Shown here one piece after another: positions 39,101-51,741 of a DNA stretch of 64,000 nucleotides. Each line of letters begins with the position of its first letter. Position 1 is the stretch's first letter. A model generated the notes under the pieces. It was not told the origin of the DNA. It saw nothing but the letters and a program-made list of their open reading frames with translations, and ran no database searches. The stretch is from assembly GCF_964355755.1 (NCBI RefSeq), contig NC_092673.1, forward strand, positions 1,612,001 to 1,676,000, read 5' to 3'. Made by a program: the position numbers and the translations under genes. The stretch comes from Antedon mediterranea. Lineage: Eukaryota; Animalia; Echinodermata.

Positions 39101-42100
39101 CAAAGCGGTTCTAAAAAGAATTGAGAATACGCCCGAGAGGATGCTGACCGATTCTTATGTGACGGTGTTAGGTGGAATCGTGATGCCGTATAAGAACACA
39201 AAACTTTTATTCTGTAGGGACACTACGGATATTCCTAGTCTTATTAATCATAATAAGATATGTGATGAATTAGGTAAGTAGGCGTACAGCCTCAAACAAT
39301 CCTTGCCATAAATAGTAAAAAAAAAATATGAATAGAAAGTGAATTTAAGAATGCATTATCAATTCAGTAAATGAATGTTTGGTTTCTGAGTCTGATTTCT
39401 GAACTGTACTGTACCTTAAATAGGTAAATTCAGGACTAACATGCCAAACTTACCTCGATAAACCAACATAGGCCATTTCCCTTCCAAGGAGGTAAAAAAA
39501 CTTTGCACACCCCTGACAATGGTACCATCACCTTGCCTTCAGGTGGGCAAAACTGCCCATGCATATCTTACCATCTACTGAACACTTGTCTAAACCTCTG
39601 TCTACACTATCAAACTAGTTTGACAAAAAAAGTGTGATGTGGCCAGATATGGTAGTGATATGCTTACCTACGGTAGTGATATGACATCATCAGGTTCATA
39701 TATGGGTATATCACATTTTTTTGTCACATAAGGTTTGATAGTGTAGACAGAGCTTAAGTGAAATTTAGGATAAAAAGGGTCTTAAATTTTGTGTTTTTAC
39801 ATACATTTTCAATCATTTTCAGCACCAAATTTGAAAGGCAGGCCAAGAAAAAAGCGTACACTAACCAAGGGATCAAGTGTGGACGAGGATTATGAACCTG
39901 TATTTAATGGGAATAGCAGTAAAGAAAATGACATTAATAAGGTAAACAGTGTCATAGTATGTATAAACAAACATTTTGATAACAACTCTTGACACATCAT
40001 TAATTCTCAAAGTCAATAAATGAGTTAAGCTCGGTCTACACTATCAAACTAGTTTGACAAAAAAGTGTGATGTGCCCAAATATGGTAGTGGTGTGCTTAA
40101 ATATGGTAGTGATATGACATCATCATGTCCATATATAGGCACATACCATGTTTTTGTCACATAAAGTTTGATAGTGTAGACAGAGCTTAACTCATTTATT
40201 TACTTTGAGAGTTAATGATGTGTGTGGCTAGAAGAGAACATTCAGAGTTCTAAGAAAAATATCTACCAGTTACAATTTATCTAGAATTTTTACCAATGAT
40301 TGTTTTTCAGGTTAAAAAGAGACTTCTGAAGGTGAAGGACAGACGCATCAGACCGAAGGTAAAGATTACACCAAGAATAAACAAAGTTAATGAAGAGGCG
40401 ATGTTCCTTGCTGATTTAAAGAAATTCATGAATGTTGAGAAGAAACCGATTGATAGAATACCACACCTTGGATTCAAACAAAGTTAGTAAATAAATTACT
40501 TAACTAACTGGTTTAAAAACCAAACCGATTGGTGTAAGCACCAAACCGATTGGTGTAAGCACCAAACTAACTGGTTTAAAGACCAAACTGACCGGTGTAA
40601 GCACCAAACCGATTGGTGTAAGCACCAAACTAACTGGTTTAAAGACCAAACTGACCGGTGTAAGCACCAAACTAACTAGTTTAAAGACCAAACTGACCGG
40701 TGTAAGCACCAAACCAACTAGTTTAAAGACCAAACTGACCGGTGTAAGCACCAAACTAACTGGTTTAAAGACCAAACTGACCGGTGTAAACATTATACTA
40801 ACTAATGTTAGCACCAAACTAACTGGTGTAAGGACTAACTGATTGGTGTAAGCACCAAACTAACTGGTGTAAGCACCAAACTAACTGGTGTAAGCACCAA
40901 ACTAACTGGTGTAAGCACCAAACTAACTGGTTTAAGGACCAAAAGAATTGTTACTTAACATAATCTTTTCACTCTTCCTTTGTCTTTAGTTGACTTGTTC
41001 CTGTTCTACAATGAAGTAAAGAAACTTGGAGGCTATGATGCTGTCTGTGATCAAAGAAAATGGAAAGTAATGTATGATGTGTTAGGAGGAAATCCTGGAA
41101 GCACCAGTGCTGCTACTTGTACAAGGAGACATTATGAAAGGTATGACGTTATCCACTGGCATACTGCTCATATCATTACGTTATGACATATGCACCTATG
41201 AAATCTAATTGGTTGATCTTTCAACTCATGAAAATATTCTCTCCATTCAACTCATGAAAATATTCTCTCCATTCAACTCATATAAACATTCATTATTTTG
41301 TAACTATCAGCCAAAGTTGTTGTCATGGCAGTGTTGTCGTTGGCATATGTTTAAGTAATGTTATTGTCAGATCCTAGTACTATAATAACATGTGGTTAGC
41401 CTAATTTTGCAGAGGTATTCTTTAGTAAAAATATCACTTGTTTGTGCATGCTGTACCTATTGACCAATTCTCTCTTTCTAGACTGTTGTTGGCCTACGAA
41501 AGACATGTCAAAGGAGACTTGGTAATCACTCCAACACAAAAGCAGAAGAAATTATCATGTAGTAGGGAAACACCAAAGCTCTCCATGTCTATCGACATCC
41601 AGAAACAAGATGAAACCAAGACACAGATTGTGACCGACACTCAAACCCAAAACAAAACCCAAATCCAAACCAAGATAGAGACCTTGAAACCAGTAGTAAA
41701 ACCAATTCAAAGACCTGCAAAACCAAAGGTTAAGAGACCAAGAGCAAAGATGTTAAAAGACCATGTAAGGGAAATGGAGGAGAGGAAACGACTAGAAGCA
41801 TTAAAGGCCCAGGTAGGCATTGAGAAATTAAAATTAAGTTCCTGTACAAACCATGACTTAAGCTCTGTCTACACTATCAAACTTATGTGACAAAACAATG
41901 TGATGTGTCCAAATATGGTAGTGATATGACATGATGTCCATGTTTGGGCACATCACATAAGGTTTGATATTGTAGACAAGGCTTTAGAAAAGATTATCAT
42001 TTGTAGGAGGTATGGAACGCCACCAGCAGCAGAATGGCTTTAGCAGATAACACATTAATTAGTATTGTTATCTTTCTTAATTTCATTGTTCCATTTTCTT

Positions 42101-43492
42101 TTGTAATTTCAGCAACTTGCTTTTCTACAAAATAATAAACCTGTGAGTCAAAACAACATGGCCATCGTACAAGTAAAATCTGAGAGTCAAGCCATTGCAA
42201 TAACTCCAGTTCAAGCCTCTATGCAACTTCAAAATACCCCAGCACTAGCATTAGCTGCAGCATCAGCCCCGGAAAAGACTGAAACTTCAATAATTTCACA
42301 ACCTTCTTATCCCATCCTAAAATGTATGAGTCCGACGCCACTTTTTGCAACCATCAAGCAAGAAGGGCAAGCAGCGACTGTTCATACAATCCCGAACCCG
42401 GGCATTCAATTTATAAACGCATTTCAACCTGTCAAGCACGAAGTGGACAAACCAATTTCCGCTGCGAATGTTTCTGGAAAGAGTCAAGCAACTACATCGC
42501 GAGCTTCTGTTATTCAGCATACGCATAAAAAAGAGGAATTGTCAGATAAACCTGGTATGGTACAGCAGTGTGATCTTATTCTAAGGCAAAAAGCTACTTC
42601 TCAAATCAAGGTTGAGAATGAAAGCAAAGACTGTCCAAGTAAACCTCAAGTTGTATCAAGTTCACCAGAGGATACCATCATTATAACACCTAGATTAATA
42701 TCACCAATGTTGTATATGCATCCACAAATGATGCTTACGCCCAATCAACAAATTGCTCTTATGCAAAACAATTGTACCCAAATGTTACAGTCGCAGTACA
42801 ACCATCCCCAATTTAGAATGGACACCGATAAACACACAGCACACGTACGTAATGGGTCGGTAGCAAATCACGTTTACAGTGTTCCAGAACAGGACGAACC
42901 ATGTGATCTTAGTCTTCCTAAAAAGAGAAAAACTTCGGAAACGAATGTGAAACTCGTTAGATCTACAAATAATGTACATCATCCAAGTAACAACCGTCGA
43001 AATGAGAGTAGCGTACGCTCTAAGCATAGCAAACATGCTGATAGGCACTTTCATAAAACACACAAATATAAAATGACCCCTGATTCACGAGGATCGATAA
43101 CACAAGGTGTAATCGATAGTAGGAAGCGACCAACACTTCCAAATAGTCAAATTTCGCCATTGAAAGGAGCGCAAGCTGAATCGTCAAGATTCACTATGCC
43201 ACAGGTTCCTACATTGACTTTCAACCCGCTTACTGGGCTAGTGGAAGGAACACAAAATAACAACCTTGTCTTCCCAGATATCAAATCACCTCTTCTAGCC
43301 ACACCTATGCCTAGGTTCATATCTGGACCGTTGATGAACCCACAGCTTCTGCAAGCTCGACATGACCCAACTGCCACATTTCCGGACTATCTACGACAAA
43401 GAATGTTTCTACCTCCTTTCACAAGTGCTAGCCTTGTCACATCGACACGGGTTCCCTCTGATGCAAAGCAAAGCCCAGTTTACAGGGCATAG
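18107..43492 (+). CDS. ARID5B: AT-rich interactive domain protein 5 (ARID5B-like; N-terminal BAH-like region plus ARID domain), 9 coding exons, ~955 aa
   Basis: Exons: 18107-18127, 18432-18689, 35236-35434, 39037-39273, 39823-39941, 40311-40482, 40990-41140, 41482-41812, 42113-43492; phases consistent, 2868 nt. Peptides match vertebrate ARID5B as recalled: FIGSSCGEHGPYTFYK, PICIAELQLLW, DEVVANHNKVVLKLHDLLQW, SYPKYCRY, APNLKGRPRKK, PIDRIPHLGFKQIDL, LGGNPGSTSAATCTRRHYERLLLAYER. Probably the single pro-ortholog of ARID5A/B. Confidence 0.93.
23595..23790 (+). mobile_element. Probable tRNA-derived SINE
   Basis: A-box-like TGGTGGTTAA and B-box GGTTCAATCC at tRNA-like spacing, followed by a unique body and an A-rich tail. 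No intact acceptor stem. Confidence 0.55.
24649..25588. mobile_element. Non-autonomous DNA transposon with TAG..CTA termini and 9-bp TSD (AcademH-like)
   Basis: Starts TAGTCTGGGTTCCAGAC and ends CAGACTTGGGGCAAGTCTA. Direct repeat TGAGTATCT at 24640-24648 and 25589-25597. Confidence 0.8.
25780..25929. mobile_element. 150-bp deletion derivative of the same AcademH-like element
   Basis: Same 5' and 3' ends, with its own TSD CATAATGCC / CATAATGCA (8 of 9 match). Confidence 0.8.
26086..27175. mobile_element. PIF/Harbinger-like non-autonomous element (1090 bp)
   Basis: Perfect TIR of about 41 bp (GGCCCTGTTCAGACCCATGGCGTTAGACCGTTTTAGCGTAC), direct TTA TSD and subterminal copies of TIR motifs. No transposase ORF. 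Confidence 0.9.
32453..33078. mobile_element. TTAA-target non-autonomous DNA transposon (Kolobok-like, AG..CT ends)
   Basis: TTAA on both sides; imperfect TIR AGCCCCATTCCCTAC / GCAGGGAAGGGGTCT; CpG-richer interior. An empty-site paralog lies at ~31808-31950. Confidence 0.75.
37945..38075. repeat. 27-bp minisatellite with palindromic core ATGAATATTCAT
   Basis: CTCATGAATATTCATAACCTTGTGTTT about 4-5 times; it explains ORFs 37901 and 37922. Confidence 0.88.
39594..39754. mobile_element. MITE family A copy
   Basis: Both TIRs; TAA on both flanks. Confidence 0.9.
40028..40187. mobile_element. MITE family A copy with inverted-duplicated flanks
   Basis: Both TIRs; flanks 39992-40027 and 40188-40223 are reverse complements. 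Confidence 0.9.
40500..40942. repeat. 21-bp minisatellite filling ARID5 intron 6
   Basis: ACCAAACTAACTGGTGTAAGC and variants, about 20 units; it explains the repetitive ORF 40500-40817. Confidence 0.93.
41861..41983. mobile_element. MITE family A copy
   Basis: Both TIRs; TTA on both flanks. Confidence 0.88.
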
Positions 43493-45095
43493 TACATTTT
43501 TAGTAGATCTGCACAGCAGATACACACCAGACCAAATGCATAAAGAGGAATATGCTTACCATACTGGCATTAGTAAGGTTTGGTATTAAAGTTATGTGGT
43601 ATAGTACAGGCCTAGTATGCATCTGTATTGTCACTTATGTTATCAGAGCCTAGACATAGTACAGGCTTGTATATTAAAACCTATATTATACTTAGGCAAA
43701 TATAGAACATAGTACAATACAGAGCATATTAATAGGCACGAAGTATTGTACTATATAGTGGGTGTATAATTATGTTCATATAATGTATAGTACATGCTTA
43801 TATTCAAATCTAGAACAGAGTACAATACTAAGAGTGTTGTAAAAATTCTTGTATGGGTATATACTTCTGTTCATATAACTTTGTATATACTGTATCACTA
43901 TGTAAATAAAATGGTTGCCAATTCCTTCCTAGTATGTTTGTAAACAATAAACTATGCATTCCAAGTGTATATTATTAAACTAAAACAAAAACAATTAAAC
44001 AAACTAATTATATTAATGCTCAGAAGTAAGATACACCATGTAATATGTAATAAAACAACATTAAATTACAAATGTTATTTATGAAAAAATGTATAAATTT
44101 GCATAATGCTATTTATGAAAAAAATAAATTACATAAATATTATTTTGAAAAACTAAATTATATTATGTTATTTATGAAAAAAACGTATTATTACACAATA
44201 TTATTTATTATTTACAGATATATTGTAATTTTTAAAATGAATTATATTAACTTTTTTGTTGAATTACTTTACGTTATTCATATGCCATGCATGTTTTACT
44301 GTATTTAGGCCCCATACATGTTTACAGAATCACACCAGTATCCACAGTCTACACATATTTGACTGCTCTATGATGCCAGTTTGAAAATGAACATAATGGC
44401 ATCACATTCTGTTTAAAATGAATTTTTTATCAGGTTTTAAGAGAGTATTTATATGCAAAAAGCTAAGTCTTCCACTAAGTTCTCTCCATTCAAAGTGTTT
44501 TATAATTGGAGTTATACAGTTGTCATTTTGTATAAAATGAGGTATAGAATTGCCTTATACACATACTGTAATAGAGAGCTTTTGATTTGTGATGATCTAA
44601 CAATTCATTTATTGTTGAAATGTAGGAACATTGGATGACGTCAATTCTCACTCAATTCCTCCGCACAGGTTGGGATTCTATGTGCAGGTGAGAACACAAT
44701 GTGCATAGGCCCTTGGTGGTTGTAAATTGAAAGATCTCATATACGTCATGACAATTATTTTAATAGTAGTGTGTTAAACAGAACATAATGTTCATTTTAT
44801 AATATGAATTAGAAGTGGAATTAATGATATTTTGTGCCTTAAATTTGTAATATTGATGACATCACATAAATAGGACCAATAAATTCAAGCAATAATACAG
44901 CTATCTATCTATGTTTGATGAAAATACCAAAATACTGACATATGCAAGTTTGTCTTCCAAGTATAGAATAAATAAAAGAGTGTACCACATACACAATGGT
45001 GTATAGATAAAAAAAGTTTTATATATATAATTGTTTATATAATATTAACAATATTATGTTCTATATCTAGTTGATATAGTTACTGTATGGAGTTA

Positions 45096-45319
45096 AGCTC
45101 TGTCTGCACTATTAAACTTTTTGGGACAACAAAATGTGATGTGTTCATATATGGACATGAAAATACATATTTGGGCATATCACCACCATATTTGAGGACA
45201 TCAAACTTTATGCGACAAAAAAAAATGGGATGTGCCCATATGAAAATAAAGATACTTATTTGAGCATATCACCACCATATTTGGGCACATCAAACTAGTT
45301 TGATAGTGTAGACAGAGCT
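45096..45319. mobile_element. MITE family A copy with internal duplication
   Basis: Both TIRs; the internal body is present twice. Confidence 0.88.
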
Positions 45320-46292
45320 TTAGTTTGCATTTTAATATTTGCCATACATGGTGCTTTCATAATTGACAATACTGTCTTCCATTGTAATTATGCAGGTTTG
45401 GTATTTTACATATTCAATCCGGTACATAATATCTATGCTTGTTTTGTGTATCCATGCTATCTAGCCTTGCAACAGATAGGCCTACAGTTTAATGCCTAGC
45501 AGATAAATGGCAACAAACATTGTATATTATGTTAACTATTGTTGGTTTAACCATGGTATAATCTAAGGCTTATTTAGGGAAACAAAATCCATTATTGATG
45601 TTTGCCTATGAAAATTCAAATATTTACTAAGTGCCTTAAATCGCCTGTGTGTGGCTTAAAAAAAAATTATAGTTTTGTTATTTTTATAGAAATGTAGTAA
45701 TTCATATATTATTAAACATTTTTATTAACTTTATGTTAAAATGAAAAATGTTCTGGTCTTTTTTCATTGTAGTTTAATAAATTTTTTAAACTTTCATTTC
45801 TTTTTCAATTGAAGAATTGCCAATAAATTGTTTAGTTCCATGTTTTTTTTTTTGGTATTGAAAAAAAAAAGTATATATATAAAACAATACATAATATAAC
45901 AATTTAGATTGTCTTCCATACACGAAGCTAAATATGTAAACACATTTGATGTATAGTATAAATGCACCATATGTATGTTTTCATCAGTATTTTTAAAATT
46001 TAATTTTGGGAAATGCTTATCAAGTTGTTTATCTATGCAATAATAATAATAATATAACATGTTATATCTTCATCATTGTATTATTTCCAATATCCACCAC
46101 TATATTGCTATGTGTGTACATTTGTATACTCATATGTACTTATAAACATAATTAAATTTATAGCATTTTGAAAACACTCGTTACTTTTCATGAGTCTTCT
46201 TTTCCTTCTCTCACATCAGTAATTGTGGATAAATGTCTCTTACAAAACAATCAGAAGTATAAGACCAAACAGGTGCTAAACAACTATTCTAG

Positions 46293-46452
46293 CAGTGGTG
46301 TAATGGCTAAGAGCACTCTTGGCAGGGCTTAGAGGAAGAAAGCTTGCTTTAAAATACACCCAAAAAGGCTAAAAACGGCAGAAGCCTCCAGCATTAGAGG
46401 GCCTTTTAGAGACCTTAAACCAGGGGCATTTGGTCTCTGCGTTACGCCTATG
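46293..46452. mobile_element. Possible degenerate hAT-type MITE
   Basis: Ends CAGTGGTGTAA ... TTACGCCTATG resemble CAGTGGCGTA-type TIRs. No TSD found. Confidence 0.35.
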
Positions 46453-47248
46453 CTAGTTGATCAACCTACCAAGAAGCAACAAATAAAAACACAAATTACG
46501 ATCCACAATATCTAAAAGAAACTGCAAACATTTTCACATTGAAAATGTACTATTTCAGCAGGATAATATGAAGACTAATCAGAAAAAAACTGAATCACTG
46601 TTCTTTTAACAGAAATAAACAAAATGTTTCAAAACCAGTGGCATTCCGAGAGCAACTGTGCATTTCAAAACCTTAAAACCACAATATCACAATATAGAAA
46701 GCAATATTGATGTTAGTATCTACTTCGAAGTACATTCAGAGTAGGTCAAACTTTTGACCAATTGAAATCAATATTATGATTTGTTATTGAGCCAAAATTC
46801 ATGTTGTTATAATTTTAATAAAAGTGCTCTAGGCGCTAACAACCACATACTATAGCTGATTTAGTATCCAATTTCTTTTATTTATCCATTCATTTCATAT
46901 GCCTCAGTAAAGAGGTGTGATTTGATTGTTTAGGAACAGTATTCCAAAAGCGCGAAGCAGCAACTGAAAAAGCATGATTTCTTTTTATTCCTCTAGTTAT
47001 GTTTAATATTCACATAAAATAAACAAACAAAATTGTTTTCATTTTACTTTAATAACATTCATGTTGTCAATTGAATCACAGTGAAAATAACACACAGCTT
47101 TTCCTGTTAATTAGATAACAGTCCAAGGTGGCCCAGTGTACACTATATACCTAACAGAATCATCATAATACTATGTTTTGATAGGGTACATTATTTGAAA
47201 AGCATAATATTGTGCTAAACATTGGAAAAAAAGAAATAAGGAAAGGTT

Positions 47249-50200
47249 TCATTGTCCGTCTTTTTTATCTTCTTTTGTTTCTTTTGATTCGTCCTGTTGT
47301 GTGAGGGATCCCATTGCATTCCTAATGGCATCACTGGATGGATCAACACCTGGAAGATTTTGTAGGACTCGTTGAAGGAATGCGGGATCTGACATGACCT
47401 CAGCAAGGTCTTCAGCATCAGCGTCCATCTGTGAACATTGTAACAACTATTAATTTCAATTAAAACATATATTTACATAATAAAGATGACACAATATGAC
47501 ATGATATAATATATAATAACTGTAGATAAAAGAAATTTGTCGAAGCAAAAAGTATGTAAATTTGAATGCACTTCATATGTTGAAATAATAAATGTATTAA
47601 AATATTACTATTTTTAAAAGTTTCAACATCGTAAATCATAGTATTAAGATAAACTTCCCATTATAATTCCATCAAAACAAACTTAACTATGTCTACACTA
47701 TCAAACTATTTTAACAAATGGGATGTGCCCAAATATGATAGTTATATACCCAAATATGGTGTCCATATATGGGCACATCACATTTTTTGTCACAAAGTTT
47801 GATAGTGTAGACAGAGCTTTAGTGCGCCAATAGAGTAGCAAAAGAGGTGTGATAACTTTTGACCCCAATAATTTAATGACCTAGATGGATATAAAACAGC
47901 TTGACTGATACTTGGTTGGTAGAGGGATCATTTCTGATTTAATTTCACATATTGATATTATGATAGTGTAGACAGAGCTTTAGATGCATATTTATACTAT
48001 TCATAATGCATGCATCCATACTTGCACTAATAATTTACTTACAGGTGTTGGGTTAGATGAATCGGTATCCATTGGTGTTTCTTTTGACTCGGTTGATTCC
48101 AGATCAGCTAATTCTGTTGATAAACCAGAACAATTATTATTTTATTTATTTTTTCTCTCTTTAACGTGATGCCACTGAACAAAAATACATTTAAGAACAC
48201 AAAGCATAAAACTAAAATTCTGAAAAATGAGTACTGTATGTATATCCCTATATAAGGCCAGGGGACAACTTTGAGACCCACGTCCTTTAATTGGAGGGTC
48301 CTCTGAATAGGGATGGCTGTTGTATTAAAACATAATTATATTTCACCACTTTCATTTCATGGAAAAGTGCCTACTTAATAGGGTATGGCTATAATATAAG
48401 GTCATTTTATTGGGAAAATTTCCCCTTATTAGGGAGATCATCTGAATAGGGATGGCTGTTGTATTAAAACATAATTATATTTCACCACTTTCATTTCATG
48501 GAAAAGTGCCTACTTAATCGGGTATGGCTATAATATAAGGTCATTTTATTGGGAAAATTTCCCCTTATTAGGGAGATCATCTGAATAGGGATGGCTGTAG
48601 TATCAGAACATATCTTTCTCCTCTTTTCTATTATCGGAAAAGTGTCCCCTCAATAGGGATGTCCTAAAGGACTGTGTTAGATAACACATGCAAAATTATA
48701 TATTGTGACTCTCCTACTAACCACAGTCAAATATTAAACTTACCAAGAGAACTTGCTTGTAGTGACATTTGCATAGCATATGCAATTTGTTCCTCTTCTG
48801 TCATTGCTCCCAAGTCTGGCATTGGTGAGATGTCAGTATCAGCTGTGTCCGCACTAACTGGCTGATCTCTTGACATTGCTAAAGCTTGTTCTAACAGCGC
48901 ATCTTCTGAATCTAAAGTTAACACAATAAAGTCATAAACAATTTTAATCTAATAGAAATATGGTAGTGATATGCCCAAATATGGTAGTGATATGCCCAAA
49001 TATGGTAGTGATATGCCAAAATATGGTAGTGATATAACATCATCATGTCCATGTATGGGCAGATCACATTTTTTTGTCACATAAAGTTTGATAGTGTAGA
49101 CAGAGCTTAAGTCTGACTAACCTGCTTCTACTTGCATTGCACTAGTAGGTGCATTCGTCACCATAGCTGTCTCTTCTATACTAGGTTGTAGGTTCTCTAC
49201 ATCATGGCGTTGTCTCTGCTCTTCCATTGAAATCCTCAAAGCCTGTTATTAACAAGATCGATTCATTATTAAATTTGATAGTGTGGACAGGGCTTCACAC
49301 ACATGATAATAAATGTGAATTGGATTGCAACATACCATAGCCAGCTCAGGGTCAGATGCAGGATCAAAACCAAACTCAAATTCACCGCCAGAACCTCCAG
49401 GCATAGACGGCATTGCCCCAGATCCATCTTCACCCATAACAATAGGAGATTGTCTCAACGCTTCAGAAAGCAATGTGCCAGGGGGAATTGTTACAAGGTT
49501 CGACCTGAAATGTATTTATTGGAAATTTCATTTATCATGAATAATATTTATTTCTCATACAATACATGAATATTGTTTAAGATATCATTTATATATTAGA
49601 ACAAATATAAACAACATTAACCGGTCAGGAAAAGAGCAACATAGGTCACTATAACTCAGTAATTCATAGTTGTACAAAATTATTGGTATATAACATTGTT
49701 TTTTTGGATAGAATTGAACATAAGTAATAATTTATCTAGAAATACCACTTACCCTGTACCTTCTTTTCCATTAATTGTATTTACAAAAGAAGTCAGCTTC
49801 TCAGTATTGACATTCTAAACCAAACAAGAACAGATTAATAATGAAATTGATGACAAGTTTGACAAACTAAAACAATGGTTCTTGTCTTATTAACACTACC
49901 AACTGAGTACTAATAGAAAAGTAGTTGTCTAGTAGTAGAAACTTTAACTACATTTTCATTCACATTTTTTTTATAGAATGATTTTATCAATTATACTCAC
50001 ATCTTCCCCAAAGTTGATAATATCAACATTTACTTTCTCTTTCTTCAGTTTCTTTGCTAATTTCAGGAGCTACAGAAAATTTACAAGTGCAATAAGCATC
50101 ATTTAAACATTACGTATTTGCTTTTTCATTAAATATTTTGTGAAGGAGATATATAATATAATATAATAGTTACTAGCTCCTAATATAATTATGTTATGGA

Positions 50201-51493
50201 TACTATTTCTGAAATAATATAAATCGTCTTACCTCTTTTTCCTCAGACTCTAGAGGGCTTCCTACAAACACAATTATTCTCATTCGGTGGTTTTTGCTTT
50301 GTCTGTGTTTTAGTGCAAGCTATAACAAAATTAATATCTTGTCTAAAACATTTATTTTATTGTGGGTTTAAAGGAAAAGTTTTACATATTAATAATAATT
50401 TATAATTTTTAATTGATACAGTCCAAGAGCATCATGCATTTATGTCATACATTGTGAGGGCAGTGTTTGTTTTAATGATCAACTTACATGAGCAACTCGG
50501 ACTCCTGTTAAGAAGGTCATCTTTCCAGATGGTCGCATTTGATGTAGAGTTGCCAGGATTCGACCTACATCAGTTGTCAAAGTTACCAACACTTTCACAC
50601 TGCAAATAAAAACAGTTTGTTAAAATTATTTGATTTTATAAAACTAATTAATAAATTAATTTACTTTTTTAATTGGCAAAAAATAATAAAGAAAGCAAAA
50701 ATAAATATCATCTTTATATATTAAATGGCAATATTTCTATGCCTTGTCTACTTTTACAATGGGATGTATTCCAAGGTACACATACTTAGCCATTGTTATC
50801 AATCCTACATTATTTTCTGGATTAGATCGTGTTTTTGATGAGCAGACAAGGTTAACAGCATCTTGCTGGGCTTGTATTCTAGTTGGTACAAAATCACCAT
50901 TTCTCATGTATTCACTGGTGTCAACACTGCAAATATAATATGATGACAATTTTAATATAATTAATATATAATAGGCCTAATAAGTAATACTTATAGCTGG
51001 CCTCCTCTAAACAAAAAAAATGAAAATAGGCCTATTAATAATAATAATATTAATTATATTAATAATATTAAATAATAATTATAAAACAATAATAAATATA
51101 ACAATATTTTGTTGTTCATATTTAACAAAAATACGTTTATCCTAACCTACACAATCAGACATAATTGAGTCTTTATTTCTGGCTAAGTCCATTATTGAAC
51201 ATAATACTCTAAGCCTATCTAAGTCCGATATCAACAAGGACAACATTGGTACCGGCGGCCTCTAAAAGACCAAGACTACCTCGCTAGGCCGGGCCTAGCC
51301 TTCAATTTTGCAAAGTCACTTATTTACGACTACTAGTTCTATGACTATTCAATTAAAATGAAACGTAATTTTTTGATTGAAGATATATAAATAAACAAAA
51401 AGTCTTGCTAAACAATAATATATTGCAAATATGTTAATTACATAGAAATAAATGCATTTAATCTTACCAGACTATTGTACTTTCGAGAACCAT
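47249..51493 (-). CDS. PSMD4: 26S proteasome non-ATPase regulatory subunit 4 (Rpn10/S5a), 11 coding exons, ~401 aa
   Basis: Exons (minus): 51468-51493, 50786-50926, 50488-50599, 50233-50319, 50001-50069, 49753-49814, 49336-49504, 49122-49242, 48744-48911, 48043-48113, 47249-47428; 1206 nt. VWA domain: [56 protein letters not shown]. UIMs: [18 protein letters not shown] and [17 protein letters not shown]-terminal [21 protein letters not shown]. Confidence 0.97.
47685..47818. mobile_element. MITE family A copy (solo right-TIR fragment nearby at ~47960-47979)
   Basis: GTCTACACTATCAAAC ... GTTTGATAGTGTAGACAGAGCT. Confidence 0.85.
48303..48600. repeat. 139-bp tandem duplication in a PSMD4 intron
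   Basis: CTGAATAGGGATGGCTGT recurs at 48303, 48442 and 48581 with near-identical intervening sequence. Confidence 0.9.
48956..49107. mobile_element. MITE family A copy lacking left TIR (solo TIR fragment also at ~49272-49294)
   Basis: About four tandem internal units followed by the right TIR. Confidence 0.85.
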
Positions 51494-51741
51494 TTTGTCT
51501 TAAATTTTTGTTAATAGACTATTGTACAGTCGTTACAAAGTATAGAGAGGGAAAAGGATCGGAGGCTGCTTTCAAGACTAGTAAGTACCTGGGTCAAAGT
51601 TGAAAAGATGTAAACAAACGTTTGTCTTTTTTTGCTGATCCAAACAAAGTCTTTGCAGTTTTTAATTGATTTGTTGATTTAAAATACATTAACACTTGCA
51701 AAATCATAACATGTTTCTTTTGTTATAGTTAGGCTTTAGAT
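51494..51741. promoter_or_regulatory. Compact bidirectional promoter PSMD4/RCCD1
   Basis: Only 248 nt separate the two divergent start codons. Confidence 0.7.

Noticed and set aside
40500-40817. 105-aa hydrophobic repeat ORF (LVLTPVS)n
   Set aside because: It is a stop-free frame of a 21-bp intronic minisatellite, antisense to ARID5.
42317-43377. Antisense and alternate-frame ORFs over ARID5 exon 9 (and similar ones over NTPDase, PSMD4 and RCCD1 exons)
   Set aside because: Shadow ORFs caused by the higher GC content of real exons.
43362-43589. Overlapping ORF or stop-codon readthrough at the ARID5 end
   Set aside because: TAG-T is not a favoured readthrough context, there is no slippery site, and no homology is recognisable.
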